A stretch of 64,000 bases of DNA, taken from positions 32,001 to 96,000 of the IMG/VR virus record IMGVR_UViG_3300037149_000105; one strand, written 5' to 3'. Each line of letters opens with the position of its first letter. The stretch's first letter is position 1. Shown one piece after another: positions 10,753 to 21,162 of this stretch. Both the position numbers and the translations under genes were made by a program. The notes below the pieces were generated by a model. That model searched no databases, was not told where the DNA came from, and worked only from the letters and a program-made list of their open reading frames with translations. This stretch comes from a virus.

Positions 10753-12135
10753 TTGTTCAGAAAATCTTCGAAGGGAGTGGACTTCCGGTATCAACCTAAG
10801 ATGAAGAAAATTTCCAGGACTGTCCTTTTGACCTCCCCAGGTAGTTTTCCGGCACTGCCGGAGCCTGCCGGGTACTTCCGCAAGGGGGAGAAGTGGTTCT
10901 GGTACCAATCTGCTTCGACCGGAATCAAATGCGAGGGTGATTGGATGCATGATCGCCGCAGTAATGCGCTTCGCAGCACTGGCTCTGGTGGCATCTTTCA
11001 GGAACTTCGCCAGGAGACAGACTATCAGGATGAGGGGGGCAGCATCGTCTTCCAAGCACCCTTTGATGAGTCGGACTACTCTGAACGGACTCTGCGGTTG
11101 AGAGAAGTGATCAGGCTGCCCCTGGGGGCTTCGAGAGCCCTCTACCATTATTTTGACACCTATCAGGATGTATGGAATTGCTTGGTTCATCTAGACCGTT
11201 CGGGAGTCCTCATCAAAGCTAATACCGGAGACCCCTCAGAGAGAAAGATTCGTCGGGATTACGTCAACCGCCGCAGTCAATCCACTCACCCACTTCGTCT
11301 GAAAAAGCAATCCAGGGTGGGGTCCATTCCCATCAGTTCTGAAATTCGAACGGAACTTAAGCAGATGGTGGGTTTAGATTGGCGGTGCGTCATATCCATG
11401 CGGCTTCTTCGATGGGGGAAGAGGGTAATCTTAGCCTACACCCATAAAGAAACTAGGATTCATGAGGTCAACTTGGAACACCGCAGTATTAATTCCTGCC
11501 GTGACCCACGCTTATGTGATATGGGTATATGTTTCAGCCCCAATGGGATGACTGTGCAGATTCAGAATCCCACTGAAGACCGGCAGGGGAGCTTTGTTCC
11601 CAAAGCCAAACTCACCAAGCAATATATCAATCAACTTGTAGCTCAAATGGTTGGAAAGATAAGGGTTGTAGCAATAGACCCAATCTGCCCTAGCGGTTTG
11701 AACGACATTAAGACTTACCTAACACGTAAGCTCAGGGCTCTACAGGCGGAAGGTGCCATGGAGTTCCGATCACCCAAGCTGGTCTCGTTGGGTGCGAAGT
11801 ACAAAGACCATCCTCAGCATCATCCGCTGCACTTACATGTGTGGCAGAGGAATCTGATGAAGGAATGGTTTGACTACTCGTTAATCTTGGGACTAACTGG
11901 AAGGCCCGTTCTGGTTCGGGAGGTAAATGGAACTCTGATTGGAGGAGACAGCCAACAGGTTATAAATCCGCTTACCCGAGCGAATCACGCCATCCAAACG
12001 GCTTTGGCTAAGATGGACTTGTGGCACGGTGCCACATTCCTACGTAGCAGAAGCTGGCAAAGAGTGCGATCAGCGTTCAACCGTCAACTATGTAAACTCC
12101 AGTCAAAAGAAGAAAATAATCATGAGGATAAGTAG
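10753..12135 (+). CDS. Highly diverged TnpB-like protein, predicted nuclease-dead
   Basis: 460 aa basic protein; TTG start after AAGGAGG; TnpB-like segments (YFDTYQDVWN, DMGICFS, VVAIDP, VLVREVN, RANHAIQTAL); followed by right-end-like hairpin. Confidence 0.45.
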   Translation: MFRKSSKGVDFRYQPKMKKISRTVLLTSPGSFPALPEPAGYFRKGEKWFWYQSASTGIKCEGDWMHDRRSNALRSTGSGGIFQELRQETDYQDEGGSIVFQAPFDESDYSERTLRLREVIRLPLGASRALYHYFDTYQDVWNCLVHLDRSGVLIKANTGDPSERKIRRDYVNRRSQSTHPLRLKKQSRVGSIPISSEIRTELKQMVGLDWRCVISMRLLRWGKRVILAYTHKETRIHEVNLEHRSINSCRDPRLCDMGICFSPNGMTVQIQNPTEDRQGSFVPKAKLTKQYINQLVAQMVGKIRVVAIDPICPSGLNDIKTYLTRKLRALQAEGAMEFRSPKLVSLGAKYKDHPQHHPLHLHVWQRNLMKEWFDYSLILGLTGRPVLVREVNGTLIGGDSQQVINPLTRANHAIQTALAKMDLWHGATFLRSRSWQRVRSAFNRQLCKLQSKEENNHEDK

Positions 12136-12283
12136 CCCCGTTCCTCTCGCAGAGTGTTACCGTATCCCCTTCCGGGGGTAACACCGCATCCCAACTCGGA
12201 CTTGCAGCCCAGTCTAGCTATGAAAAGGCCGCTCATTACCACGTAACACCCGCAACACTTACCGTAACGTTCGAAGAAATGCT

Positions 12284-12313
12284 GAAACCCCTCCTTTAAA
12301 GGAGGGTAGAATG
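12284..12313 (+). other. IS200/IS605 right-end / omegaRNA 3' hairpin homolog
   Basis: GAAACCCCTCCTTTAAAGGAGGGTAGAATG aligns with the right end of the TnpB at 23.6 kb (GAATCCCCTCCGTTTAGGGAGGGGAGGATG). Confidence 0.6.
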
Positions 12314-12327
12314 AGTATTATCTAGGT

Positions 12328-13131
12328 ATGCCACAAGACCTGAACTTAGAATGCAACGAGAAAATCCGAATCAACACGGATATGCTGAAGGACTACAACT
12401 TCTTCCACTTTCGGGATCTCGTCGCACTCCCCAAGATGAACGACCTGATATTTCGGAGTCGGTTGTTCAACACCTCTTGGCTCTCCCGCAAAGAGGCCCT
12501 ACAGAGGCTACAAAAGTTTTTTCTTGAGGGAAATCAATTCAGCCAAACTTTGAGTAAGAAAGAACTATCTCTGGAACGAGATTATCATATCTTGTTTGAT
12601 CCGAAGGAACAACTGGATTTGATACTAGCCGAAGAGGCAGACTTCCTTCCACAAAACCAGACGCACAAAGCACATGAGGATTATGCCCTACTGGCCGAAC
12701 TATCCCGACTTCAGGTCAGGGATGCACTCCCAGAGGATGGGGAGGCTATGTTCAAGGCAATCAACCTTACCCTTAGTAGGAAACTTGTAAAAGTTTCTCC
12801 AACTTGGCTCCCCTGTTATCTACAAATGGATGATGGAACCCTGGTTGGCCCCCAATTTTTTGCCCCTACGGCGGATGCGGCTGAGTCATTTGCTAAGATT
12901 GTTGATGATGCCTTATCCCAAGAATCTCCTTTGACTGAAAAAAAGACAGTTGGGCTGTATGCCCTTGGATTCCTCCCACCCGACCCCACTCTTCTGACTC
13001 AAAAAGTCATTGATGAAGAGTTTCAGATGGTTGAGAAAATTATTATCACAAAACGAGCCCGAGAAGTTCGGAGTGAAGAGCTTAACGAGCCTAGTTGGAA
13101 TCCTGAAAACATTACAACCGACGAACTGTGA
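12328..13131 (+). CDS. Hypothetical protein
   Basis: 267 aa ORF after GAGTATTA motif. Confidence 0.65.
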   Translation: MPQDLNLECNEKIRINTDMLKDYNFFHFRDLVALPKMNDLIFRSRLFNTSWLSRKEALQRLQKFFLEGNQFSQTLSKKELSLERDYHILFDPKEQLDLILAEEADFLPQNQTHKAHEDYALLAELSRLQVRDALPEDGEAMFKAINLTLSRKLVKVSPTWLPCYLQMDDGTLVGPQFFAPTADAAESFAKIVDDALSQESPLTEKKTVGLYALGFLPPDPTLLTQKVIDEEFQMVEKIIITKRAREVRSEELNEPSWNPENITTDEL

Positions 13132-13199
13132 CGTAGGGAATGTTTTTGCATTTCTTCATCACTGGCGGAAATCCAGTATTTGTAATTTAGGAGTAAGGC

Positions 13200-15815
13200 G
13201 TGATTGACAAAGTTTTGACCTATGAGGAACTCTATGACGACTACATCACAAGCAAAGGATTTGATGTAAGTAGTGCATCTGACTCAATTAAGAGTGAAGC
13301 GAATGCTTATGCCAAGTGTTATGATTGGTATATTGAGAAGATGAAGGTTTTACCAGAAAATGCAACTTTGGCATCTCATATTTGGGTAGATAAATATGCG
13401 CTTCACACACAATCTGGGGTTTGTTGCGAGCAAACTCCTGTTGAAATGTGGGATAGGATTTCTATCGTTTTAGCAAATGAAGAAATGAAAAGTTCCTCCA
13501 ATACCAAGGAATTCTCCTATTGGAAGGACAAGTTTTATGGTATCCTGGATGGTTGGAAATACTCACCACAGGGCTCAGGGCTGTTCGCCTTGGGAAACCC
13601 CTATGTGAAGGCCAGCAGCTCTAATTGCTTCACCCTACCCCCACCAGAGGACAACCTGGAATCCATTTTTGATACGGCCAAGAACATGGCTCGTATTTTT
13701 GCTTTTCGTGGCGGGGAGGGTCACGATATCAGTAATCTTCGCCCCCGTGGAGCCGCAACAAACAATGCAGCCCGGTCTTCCACCGGAGCGGCTAGCTTCA
13801 TGGACTTCTTCTCTTATACGACTGGGATGATTGGGCAGTCCGGTCGGAGAGGAGCTAATCTCCTGACTTTGCGAATCAACCATCCGGATATTGAGCTTTT
13901 CATTGAAGAAAAATCTGATATGAAGAAGCAACCCTTTTTTGATGAGTTGGCTTCGGTTGGGATCAACATCAACGATTACAAGTGGGCTGCGGTCGCGGAT
14001 CGTCTCAAGTCCACTTCTCACTCCAATGTCTCGGTTCGGATCAACGACCAGTTTATGAAGGCGGTCAAGGAAGATGGGGAGTATGAGCTTTGGTTTGAGT
14101 TCAGGGATAACGCCTACTCTCGAATTTCAAGAATGATTAAGGCCCGAGTCCTGTGGGACAAGTTGATGTACCATGCGTGGAGTTCGGCTGAACCGGGAAT
14201 TCTCAACTGGGACCACATCATCCGAGAGTCCCCAGCAGACCAATACACTAATCTTCCAGAGATTGAGTTCACCGATCCTGCAACCGGTGAGACCAAATGG
14301 GTCACCTATTCATTTGAAACCGTTGGACTTAATCCCTGCGCGGAGGAAGTATTAAGCGCTTATGACTCCTGCAACCTGGGTCTCTTTCTCCTCCCCACTT
14401 TTGTGAAGAATCCATACACTCCAGAGGCAAGCTTTGACTTCCAGGCTTATGCTGAAGTCGTTGCCATGGGGGTGAGAGCACAGGACAATATCAAATCATG
14501 GGATCTCCCGATTCTCCCACTTGAAGGTAATCGTATCGCTGGGGTGTTGGGTCGTCGCATCTCCGTAGGTAACACTGGATTGGCTGATGCGCTGGCCATG
14601 CTGGGTCTTCGTTATGATACGGATGAAGCAATACAAATGGCCGAGTCCATCTATGATTTCTTGGCCAATACTGCTTATCAAACTTCTGCTCTGTTGGCCG
14701 AGGAGAAGGGCAGCTTCCAGATTTTTGACTGGGAGCGTCATAAGAAATGCCCCTTCATTCAACGTCTGAGTAAAGAAACTCAGAAGATGATCCGGACCAA
14801 AGGTCTGCGAAATATTGGGTTACTCACTCAGTCCCCTGCGGGTTCCTTGAGCATTCTTATGCGAAACTGCACCTCTGGAATTGAGCCGCTTTTCTTGGCA
14901 GCAATGAATCGTAGCGTGAAAGTTCCCGGATCTGGAGATACGGTTCAATACATCGTCTATCACCAGGGAATCCAAGATGCGTTGAACATCAACCCCAATT
15001 TCGATATGTCTGTCTATGTGGAGGCCAACTCTATCGATTACCACAAGCGAATCAAGATGCAAGCAGCTATTCAGCAACACATTGACCATAGCATTAGTTC
15101 CACCGTTAATCTCCCAAATGATGCCACCGTTGAAGATGTGAGCCAGCTTTACATGGAAGCATATGATAACGGACTGAAAGGAATAACTGTTTATCGAGAT
15201 GGATGCCGTTCGGGAGTGCTAAATAGCATCAAGAAGGAAGTTGTAGACCCGATTGTTCGAAGAGAACGGCCTAAAACCACTGATATCAAGATTCACAAGG
15301 TCAAATACAAGGATAAACCCTGGTCCGTGCTGGTGGGGCTGGTTAATGGCACCCCCATTGAAGTATTTGCTGGAGTAGAAGAGGACACTCCCCTTCCCAA
15401 CAAATACTATAAGGCAGAACTTGTTAAAAAGTCACGAGGCCATTACTCTCTCACTGTATGGCTTAGCGAGGATGAAGAAAGTGATATTGTAAAAATTAGT
15501 AATATTGGCGCTCGTTTCCCTTCCCCGGAGGGTTTAGCACTTACTCGGTTTATCTCATTATCTCTTAGGAATGGCGTGATGGTTTCAGATATTTGTGAAC
15601 AGCTTCAAAAATCTTCAAACTCCCTTTTTGATTACCCCAGTGTGTTAAATCGAGTACTAAAAAACTACGTTCCTGATGAAGAGGCTATAGCTAAAGAACT
15701 AGCTAAAGGAGAAGTGTGTCCGCTTTGTGGGGCGGAGCTAGTGTTTAAACGAGAGAGTGGGTGTTTAGTTAAACTCTGTAGTTCTTGCAATTTTATGGAT
15801 TCTAAGTGTGGGTAG
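13200..15815 (+). CDS. nrdJ: Class II (B12-dependent) ribonucleotide reductase with C-terminal Zn-ribbon
   Basis: SNCF, GRRGA, NPCAE, SCNLG, TSGIEP, SISSTVN, KGITVYRDG motifs; no NrdB adjacent; C-terminal CPLC..CSSC. Confidence 0.9.
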   Translation: MIDKVLTYEELYDDYITSKGFDVSSASDSIKSEANAYAKCYDWYIEKMKVLPENATLASHIWVDKYALHTQSGVCCEQTPVEMWDRISIVLANEEMKSSSNTKEFSYWKDKFYGILDGWKYSPQGSGLFALGNPYVKASSSNCFTLPPPEDNLESIFDTAKNMARIFAFRGGEGHDISNLRPRGAATNNAARSSTGAASFMDFFSYTTGMIGQSGRRGANLLTLRINHPDIELFIEEKSDMKKQPFFDELASVGININDYKWAAVADRLKSTSHSNVSVRINDQFMKAVKEDGEYELWFEFRDNAYSRISRMIKARVLWDKLMYHAWSSAEPGILNWDHIIRESPADQYTNLPEIEFTDPATGETKWVTYSFETVGLNPCAEEVLSAYDSCNLGLFLLPTFVKNPYTPEASFDFQAYAEVVAMGVRAQDNIKSWDLPILPLEGNRIAGVLGRRISVGNTGLADALAMLGLRYDTDEAIQMAESIYDFLANTAYQTSALLAEEKGSFQIFDWERHKKCPFIQRLSKETQKMIRTKGLRNIGLLTQSPAGSLSILMRNCTSGIEPLFLAAMNRSVKVPGSGDTVQYIVYHQGIQDALNINPNFDMSVYVEANSIDYHKRIKMQAAIQQHIDHSISSTVNLPNDATVEDVSQLYMEAYDNGLKGITVYRDGCRSGVLNSIKKEVVDPIVRRERPKTTDIKIHKVKYKDKPWSVLVGLVNGTPIEVFAGVEEDTPLPNKYYKAELVKKSRGHYSLTVWLSEDEESDIVKISNIGARFPSPEGLALTRFISLSLRNGVMVSDICEQLQKSSNSLFDYPSVLNRVLKNYVPDEEAIAKELAKGEVCPLCGAELVFKRESGCLVKLCSSCNFMDSKCG

Positions 15816-15816
15816 G

Positions 15817-16533
15817 ATGAAAAGTGGGATTAGAGACCTAACAGGGTTAATAGTGGGAAAACTGACGGTGGTATCCCCATCTTCACGAAGGAGTAAAAAT
15901 GGTAGCTGCTACTGGGTATGTCAATGTTCCTGTGGTAATCAAGTAGAGATTCAGAGCCAGCGGCTTACTTACTCTGGGAGAAAGACATCTTCTTGTGGGT
16001 GCTCACGAGTAGCCCCCTTAGAAGGAAAAACATTCGGAAGGCTCACAGTCTTGGAACGAGCATCTAAAGTAGGAGGGAGGGACACCTTTTGGAAATGTAT
16101 GTGCTCCTGTGGTAACGAGGTCGTTGTCTCAACCTCTCATTTAAAAGCTAGCACTGCTTCGTGTGGTTGCTTACAGAGGGATTGTGTAAGAGATTATTTT
16201 AGACACTACAGAAAATCTTCTGGCAGAGATGAGAATACCCTTCTCACTTCAATTGATGAGCAGCTAAGGGGGGTGATAAAATCTTCTGGAGTTAAACGTA
16301 AAGTCTTACTACGAGATGGGTTTAAATGTCAAATTTGTGGGGACCATTATAATTTAAGAGTCCATCACATTATCCCCTTAAGTAAAGATAACACAAAGGC
16401 CATTCTTATGTCTAATTTGATAACTTTGTGCCATTACTGTCACAAAATATCTGCACATGATGGGCACAACCATAAACTAAATCCTTTTGTTCAGAAATTC
16501 TTTATATCAATTACCACGAAGGAGAAGTTATGA
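15817..16533 (+). CDS. HNH homing endonuclease with CxCxCG repeats
   Basis: Two GKLTV/GRLTV...WxCxCSCG repeats, RDGFKCQIC..VHHI..NLITLCHYCH; AT-rich, next to nrdJ. Confidence 0.85.
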   Translation: MKSGIRDLTGLIVGKLTVVSPSSRRSKNGSCYWVCQCSCGNQVEIQSQRLTYSGRKTSSCGCSRVAPLEGKTFGRLTVLERASKVGGRDTFWKCMCSCGNEVVVSTSHLKASTASCGCLQRDCVRDYFRHYRKSSGRDENTLLTSIDEQLRGVIKSSGVKRKVLLRDGFKCQICGDHYNLRVHHIIPLSKDNTKAILMSNLITLCHYCHKISAHDGHNHKLNPFVQKFFISITTKEKL

Positions 16534-16964
16534 ATGAAGCATTGCGTGTTTTTCGATCCGCCCCTACGGCTAAGTTGCCCTCCAAGGCAAATTTTACAGA
16601 TACAGGTTACGATTTGTTTGTGAACCAGGAATGTCTTGTAACCGAGGCCCCCCATGCCTACCCAACAGGTATCAAGCTCCTCATTCCTCCTGGATATTGG
16701 GTCAAGTTTCTTGAAAAAAGTGGTAAAGCCCTGAAGGGATTGAAGATTCACGGAGGGGTAATTGATAATGAGTATACGGGAGAACTCAAGGTCATTGCCT
16801 CCGCTTACCCCCCACTTCATCTTCAGGCCGGTGATGCTATTTGCCAGTTTAGTCTTGAGCAGCTTACGCTTATGCCCTTGACTGAGATATCCGAAGAAGA
16901 ATTTTTAGAGGGGCAGGAGAAGAGCCAACGCAAGGATGCTGGCTTTGGTTCCACGGGTCGCTGA
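16530..16964 (+). CDS. dut: dUTPase
   Basis: GYDL, KSG, GVIDNEYTGE, RKDAGFGSTG motifs. Confidence 0.93.
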   Translation: MNEALRVFRSAPTAKLPSKANFTDTGYDLFVNQECLVTEAPHAYPTGIKLLIPPGYWVKFLEKSGKALKGLKIHGGVIDNEYTGELKVIASAYPPLHLQAGDAICQFSLEQLTLMPLTEISEEEFLEGQEKSQRKDAGFGSTGR

Positions 16965-16973
16965 AAGTTTTTG

Positions 16974-17003
16974 TATACAGATTCTCCTGCCAACCGGTAT
17001 CAT
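16974..17003 (+). promoter_or_regulatory. Sigma70-like phage promoter (TATACA-N18-TATCAT)
   Basis: Member of the recurring TATACA-N17/18-TATAMT family. Confidence 0.6.
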
Positions 17004-17019
17004 AGGGTAGGAGGCTCTG

Positions 17020-17367
17020 ATGAGCAACGAGCAGACTCACCATGAAGGCGGATTTTGGGGTGGCATCACACTCGTCAGCATTCTATGGACTGTGCTGACG
17101 TTTGCTGTTTTCTTCATCTGCTTTAGCCTCATCTACTTTCTGGTGGTCTTCACGGTCTATGCAATTTGGTACTACTGCGAAGAGTTTGCAGGATGCCCTA
17201 AACAGTTATTACAATCTTATAACCCAGAGACCGGAAAACTCCATGAAATTATGGTTGATCGCAACCCGGCTGATATTATTTCAGTTTTCAACTTCTTTGC
17301 TGGAGTAATTTATTCAGTCATTGGGCTTTTTCTGCTTTGGCTTTTTCTCAAAGCCCTGACTATGTAA
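17020..17367 (+). CDS. Small membrane protein
   Basis: 115 aa, hydrophobic segments, GGAGG RBS. Confidence 0.7.
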   Translation: MSNEQTHHEGGFWGGITLVSILWTVLTFAVFFICFSLIYFLVVFTVYAIWYYCEEFAGCPKQLLQSYNPETGKLHEIMVDRNPADIISVFNFFAGVIYSVIGLFLLWLFLKALTM

Positions 17368-17398
17368 TACCTACCCACAGCCCTAAAGGAGGGGTCAT

Positions 17399-17719
17399 AT
17401 GAGTCAAGAAACATTTTTCATCGGTTCCGCTCCCTATGAGGAGGACTGCGCCCAAACCACAGACCCAAACTTCACTCAGCAAAATATGCTTGAGTGTCGG
17501 GTCTACATGGAGCAACTTCTTCGTGTGTTTGGGGTTTGTTCCGCCAAAGCCTTCCTGGCCATCAAGGCACAGAGCCATGACTTCGGAACTTACCGAGAAG
17601 TGGTAGTCAACTTCAACCCGGATGACCCGGATGCTGAGAAATACGCCATAGAGGTTGAGGGTGGCATCCCCAAGTGGGACGAGACCGCCCTGGAACAACT
17701 CAAGGGCGAAAAAAATTAA
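17399..17719 (+). CDS. Hypothetical phage protein
   Basis: 106 aa, AAGGAGG RBS; PYEEDCAQ..HDFGTY motif. Confidence 0.75.
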   Translation: MSQETFFIGSAPYEEDCAQTTDPNFTQQNMLECRVYMEQLLRVFGVCSAKAFLAIKAQSHDFGTYREVVVNFNPDDPDAEKYAIEVEGGIPKWDETALEQLKGEKN

Positions 17720-17728
17720 AACTTCTCC

Positions 17729-17758
17729 TATACAAAACCCTAGTCAGTGCGATATACT
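17729..17758 (+). promoter_or_regulatory. Phage promoter TATACA-N18-TATACT
   Basis: Directly upstream of the rIIA RBS. Confidence 0.65.
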
Positions 17759-17776
17759 GATTGTGGAGGAGAAAAC

Positions 17777-19927
17777 ATGAAACTGCAAGAAACCCAGAGT
17801 GCGGTGATGACTGGTGGGCTGGAAAATGCCCCTCATAAGTTCACCATTCAGGCAACGGCCAAGGCGTTTCAGATCCTGTCGAGTGGGCTCTACACCCACA
17901 AGATCAAGGCAGTGATCCGTGAACTGTCTTGCAATGCCTATGATGCCCACGTGGCGGTCGGATGTGTGGACAAGCCGTTCGACATTCATCTCCCTAACCA
18001 GTTTGAGCCCTTCTTCCGGGTCACCGACTATGGTCCTGGTTTGTCCGAAAAAGATATTTATGATATCTACGTCAGCTTTTTCACTTCCACAAAAATAGAA
18101 TCCAACGATTACATCGGTGCGCTGGGCTTGGGCTCGAAGTCCCCATTCTCCTACACCCAGACCTTCACCGTCACCAGCCGTTTTGACGGGATGAAGAAAA
18201 TCTACACCGCCTTCCTGACCGATGAGGGAATGCCCAGCATCGTCAAGATGTCGGAAGAGGCTTATGACGGTCCAACCGGTCTGGATGTCCAGGTGGCAGT
18301 CAAGTCCAACGACTTCTATACCTTCCAGACGGATGCGGCCATTACCTTCGTCTATTTCCCCGTCACCCCCAATTTCACCGGAGCCAAGGTCCGGATCGAG
18401 AAGCCAGTCTACTCAACCAAGGGGACCGGTTGGGCTATTCGTAAGGATGCCTACGGGGATGGTGGGGCCAGGGCCATCCAGGGAGTGGTCGCCTATCCGG
18501 TTCCCCACACGAACGATGCTCAGGCCGATGAGCTGCTTCGCTTGGGTGTGGATATGTTCTTCCAGATTGGTGAACTTGAAGTTTCGGCTTCCCGCGAGTC
18601 CCTGTCGATGAACAAAGCCACCTCCAAGAATCTGGCCGACCGGATCAAGATGGTCGCCACCGAAATTGGTGCGGAAGTCAGCAAGACCATCGCCAACGCT
18701 CCCACTCTGTGGGAAGCGGTCACGCTTTACAACGAACTGATGAAGAACAACTCCATCCGCTACGCCCTCAAAAACGTGGACATCATGTGGAATGGCCAGA
18801 AGGTTCCGGACTACATCGAAGTCAAGCCCCAGGACCACCCCACCCTGTCCCTGTATGCCTGTGAGAAGCGGGGTTATCGGCACGGTGTGAAGGAGACGAG
18901 CAACCAATTTGTCAAACCCCAGACTCATATTCTGATCCGGAACGACCTCACCAGGGGTTCCAAGGGTGTGCTGACCCGCTGGATCAAGCAGTTTGGCCAG
19001 GGTGGTCAAGGCACGGTCTGGTACCTGATCGGCCCTGGCTTCGGTCAGAAATTTGAAGCCGTGCAGGAAGACATCAATGAGTTCATTTCCAGTGTGTTGG
19101 GTGGACCGACTGAAATCAAACTCCTGAGCACGATGAAGGCCGAACTGCCTAAGATTGTTCGGACCGCCTCTGGCAAGCTCAAGAACTCTTTTCAGGTGTT
19201 CCAGATGACTGCTACGGCCTGGAAGGGCGCATGGGCTGAAGTGGACGAAGATGAAGACTTCAGTGGTGATCAATACTTCTACATCCGCACTTTCAAGAAC
19301 CAGCCCGGTCTCAAGGATGGCATGTCCTGCCCTGAAGACCACATTTCAGAGCCCCGCAGCCTGTATGGTCTCTGCAAGCTGATGGTTCAGTTGGGTCACA
19401 TGACTGCCGATGACCAAATCTTCAGCGGTAGCCCTCGCTTCATGGCCGAACTGAACCGGATGGACCCTGAGGAGCGGGAAAAATGGGTGGACCTGACCGA
19501 GGTGGCCATGAAGGCTTTGGCTTTCACTCCCACTGAACTGGAAGAACTGAAGCAAGCCACCACCGTCTCGTTCTACGATACCGGCCTGAAGACTCCTCGC
19601 CATAACCTGGAGGACACTCTTCAGTCGGTCGGCATCAACGATGACAATCGGACCATTCCGGCCATCGCTGACATCGAGAAAGCCTACAAGACTCACTTCA
19701 TCGCTGAAAAGATTGTTTCCTCCCATAAGGTTCGTCTCGAACTGGCCAGGGTGTTTGGCAAGAGCCCAATCAGTCAGAGCGGCAAGGCCATCGAGATGCC
19801 CAACCTCTCCAAAGCTACAGAGAAGTTTGGTCTTCTGGCCAGCGCCTTCACTCACTATGCTGAGTGGAGTCAGTTGAAGGAAGCGGTCAGTCTGATTGAA
19901 GCCCTGTTCCTTACCGAAAAAATCTGA
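17777..19927 (+). CDS. rIIA: rIIA-like protein (GHKL ATPase N-terminus)
   Basis: AFQILSSGLY..IRELSCNAYDAH, DYGPGL, STK..SND.IGALGLGSKSPF; followed by rIIB. Confidence 0.9.
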   Translation: MKLQETQSAVMTGGLENAPHKFTIQATAKAFQILSSGLYTHKIKAVIRELSCNAYDAHVAVGCVDKPFDIHLPNQFEPFFRVTDYGPGLSEKDIYDIYVSFFTSTKIESNDYIGALGLGSKSPFSYTQTFTVTSRFDGMKKIYTAFLTDEGMPSIVKMSEEAYDGPTGLDVQVAVKSNDFYTFQTDAAITFVYFPVTPNFTGAKVRIEKPVYSTKGTGWAIRKDAYGDGGARAIQGVVAYPVPHTNDAQADELLRLGVDMFFQIGELEVSASRESLSMNKATSKNLADRIKMVATEIGAEVSKTIANAPTLWEAVTLYNELMKNNSIRYALKNVDIMWNGQKVPDYIEVKPQDHPTLSLYACEKRGYRHGVKETSNQFVKPQTHILIRNDLTRGSKGVLTRWIKQFGQGGQGTVWYLIGPGFGQKFEAVQEDINEFISSVLGGPTEIKLLSTMKAELPKIVRTASGKLKNSFQVFQMTATAWKGAWAEVDEDEDFSGDQYFYIRTFKNQPGLKDGMSCPEDHISEPRSLYGLCKLMVQLGHMTADDQIFSGSPRFMAELNRMDPEEREKWVDLTEVAMKALAFTPTELEELKQATTVSFYDTGLKTPRHNLEDTLQSVGINDDNRTIPAIADIEKAYKTHFIAEKIVSSHKVRLELARVFGKSPISQSGKAIEMPNLSKATEKFGLLASAFTHYAEWSQLKEAVSLIEALFLTEKI

Positions 19928-19985
19928 AGTTTTCCTATGTAGTTCCACCCAATAGTGGGTATAATATTCTGAGGAGAGAACTCAC

Positions 19986-21098
19986 ATGACCGCAGCACTC
20001 GCAAGCCCCAAGACCGGTGCTTTCATCATTGCCGGTGATTCCCTGGTCGTCGTGATCGGTGGGGTCAACTACACTATCAGCAAGACCAGTTGCCTTTACC
20101 AGCAAGTTAAGAACTGCGTGGTCCGTGGCAACTGGGAACTGGCGGCTTCCTACCTCGAACAGGCCGTCAATCTCAAGGGCGAGATTTGGTGGAACACTGA
20201 GGAGTTCATGGTCTACTACGGCCTGGAGCCCTTGCATCACAGTCTCGCTGACCGGCTCCCCCGGATGTTCGCTGAGGGGTTTGATACGACCCCCATGCTT
20301 AACTTCCTGAAGAATCTCTTTGCCAACCCGGCTGTTCATGCGATCAACGAACTCTATGAGTTCCTGGAGAAGAATGGGCTGCCCATCACCGAAGATGGCT
20401 GTTTCCTGGCCTACAAGAAGGTGCGGGAGGACTATCTGGACTGCTACAGCCAGAGCATCAGCAACAAGGTCGGTGAGAAGCCCAGCATGGATAGGGACAC
20501 CTGTGATCCTATCCGGACCAATCACTGCTCCACCGGCTACCATTTCTGCGGCCTGTCCTATCTGACTTGCTTCAATGGGGAGCGGGTGATGGTCGTGAAG
20601 ATCAACCCCAAGGATGTGACCTCCATCCCCAACGACTACAACTTCGCCAAGGGTCGCTGCTGCACCTACGAGGTGATTGACGAGTACGGCGGGACCGATG
20701 TCCAGCGGTACGAAGCTTTCTCCACCTCCGTGGCTCCGGGTGAGTTTGAGGAAGAGGAGTTCCAGGAAGGCGAGGATGAATTCTACTGCTCCGAATGTGG
20801 GGCTGAACACTCCGAGTGCTGCACCTGTGAACAGGATCAGGATGAAGCCGCTGGCCAGGAAGAGGTGGAGGAGCCCAACCTGTTCTCCGCTCCCAAAGAG
20901 ACGGACCTCTCTCCCATTCATAACCCCATCACCAAGGCTCGTGTGCTTCGGGGTCTGACCCAGGAACAGGTCGCTTCGGCCCTGGACATGCCCCTCCGGA
21001 TTTATGCGGAACGGGTTGAGGTTGAGGGTCGCCCTTTCAAGCCCTCTACTGTGGGTCGCATCCTCCAGGTCATCGAAACCCTGGCCGGGGAAGAGTAA
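19986..21098 (+). CDS. rIIB: rIIB-like protein with acidic linker and C-terminal HTH
   Basis: LPITEDGCFLAYK, CSTGYH, VKINPKDVTSIP.DY..KGRCCTYEV; C-terminal ARVLRGLTQEQVA. Confidence 0.88.
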   Translation: MTAALASPKTGAFIIAGDSLVVVIGGVNYTISKTSCLYQQVKNCVVRGNWELAASYLEQAVNLKGEIWWNTEEFMVYYGLEPLHHSLADRLPRMFAEGFDTTPMLNFLKNLFANPAVHAINELYEFLEKNGLPITEDGCFLAYKKVREDYLDCYSQSISNKVGEKPSMDRDTCDPIRTNHCSTGYHFCGLSYLTCFNGERVMVVKINPKDVTSIPNDYNFAKGRCCTYEVIDEYGGTDVQRYEAFSTSVAPGEFEEEEFQEGEDEFYCSECGAEHSECCTCEQDQDEAAGQEEVEEPNLFSAPKETDLSPIHNPITKARVLRGLTQEQVASALDMPLRIYAERVEVEGRPFKPSTVGRILQVIETLAGEE

Positions 21099-21125
21099 GC
21101 GTCCCTCCTCCTAAGAAAGAGATGC

Positions 21126-21162
21126 GGGGGCCGGTAAATATCTGGTCCCCATTTTTCTTTTT
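21126..21162 (+). terminator. Intrinsic terminator after rIIB
   Basis: GGGGGCCGG...CTGGTCCCC hairpin plus U-tract. Confidence 0.7.

Noticed and set aside
13200-15815. Intein or intron in nrdJ
   Set aside because: ORF is continuous with no intein terminal motifs seen; the adjacent HNH is free-standing
18413-20921. Long minus-strand ORFs opposite rIIA/rIIB (also those opposite nrdJ, the collagen gene and the TROVE-like gene)
   Set aside because: Antisense shadows of codon-biased genes, with no RBS or motifs
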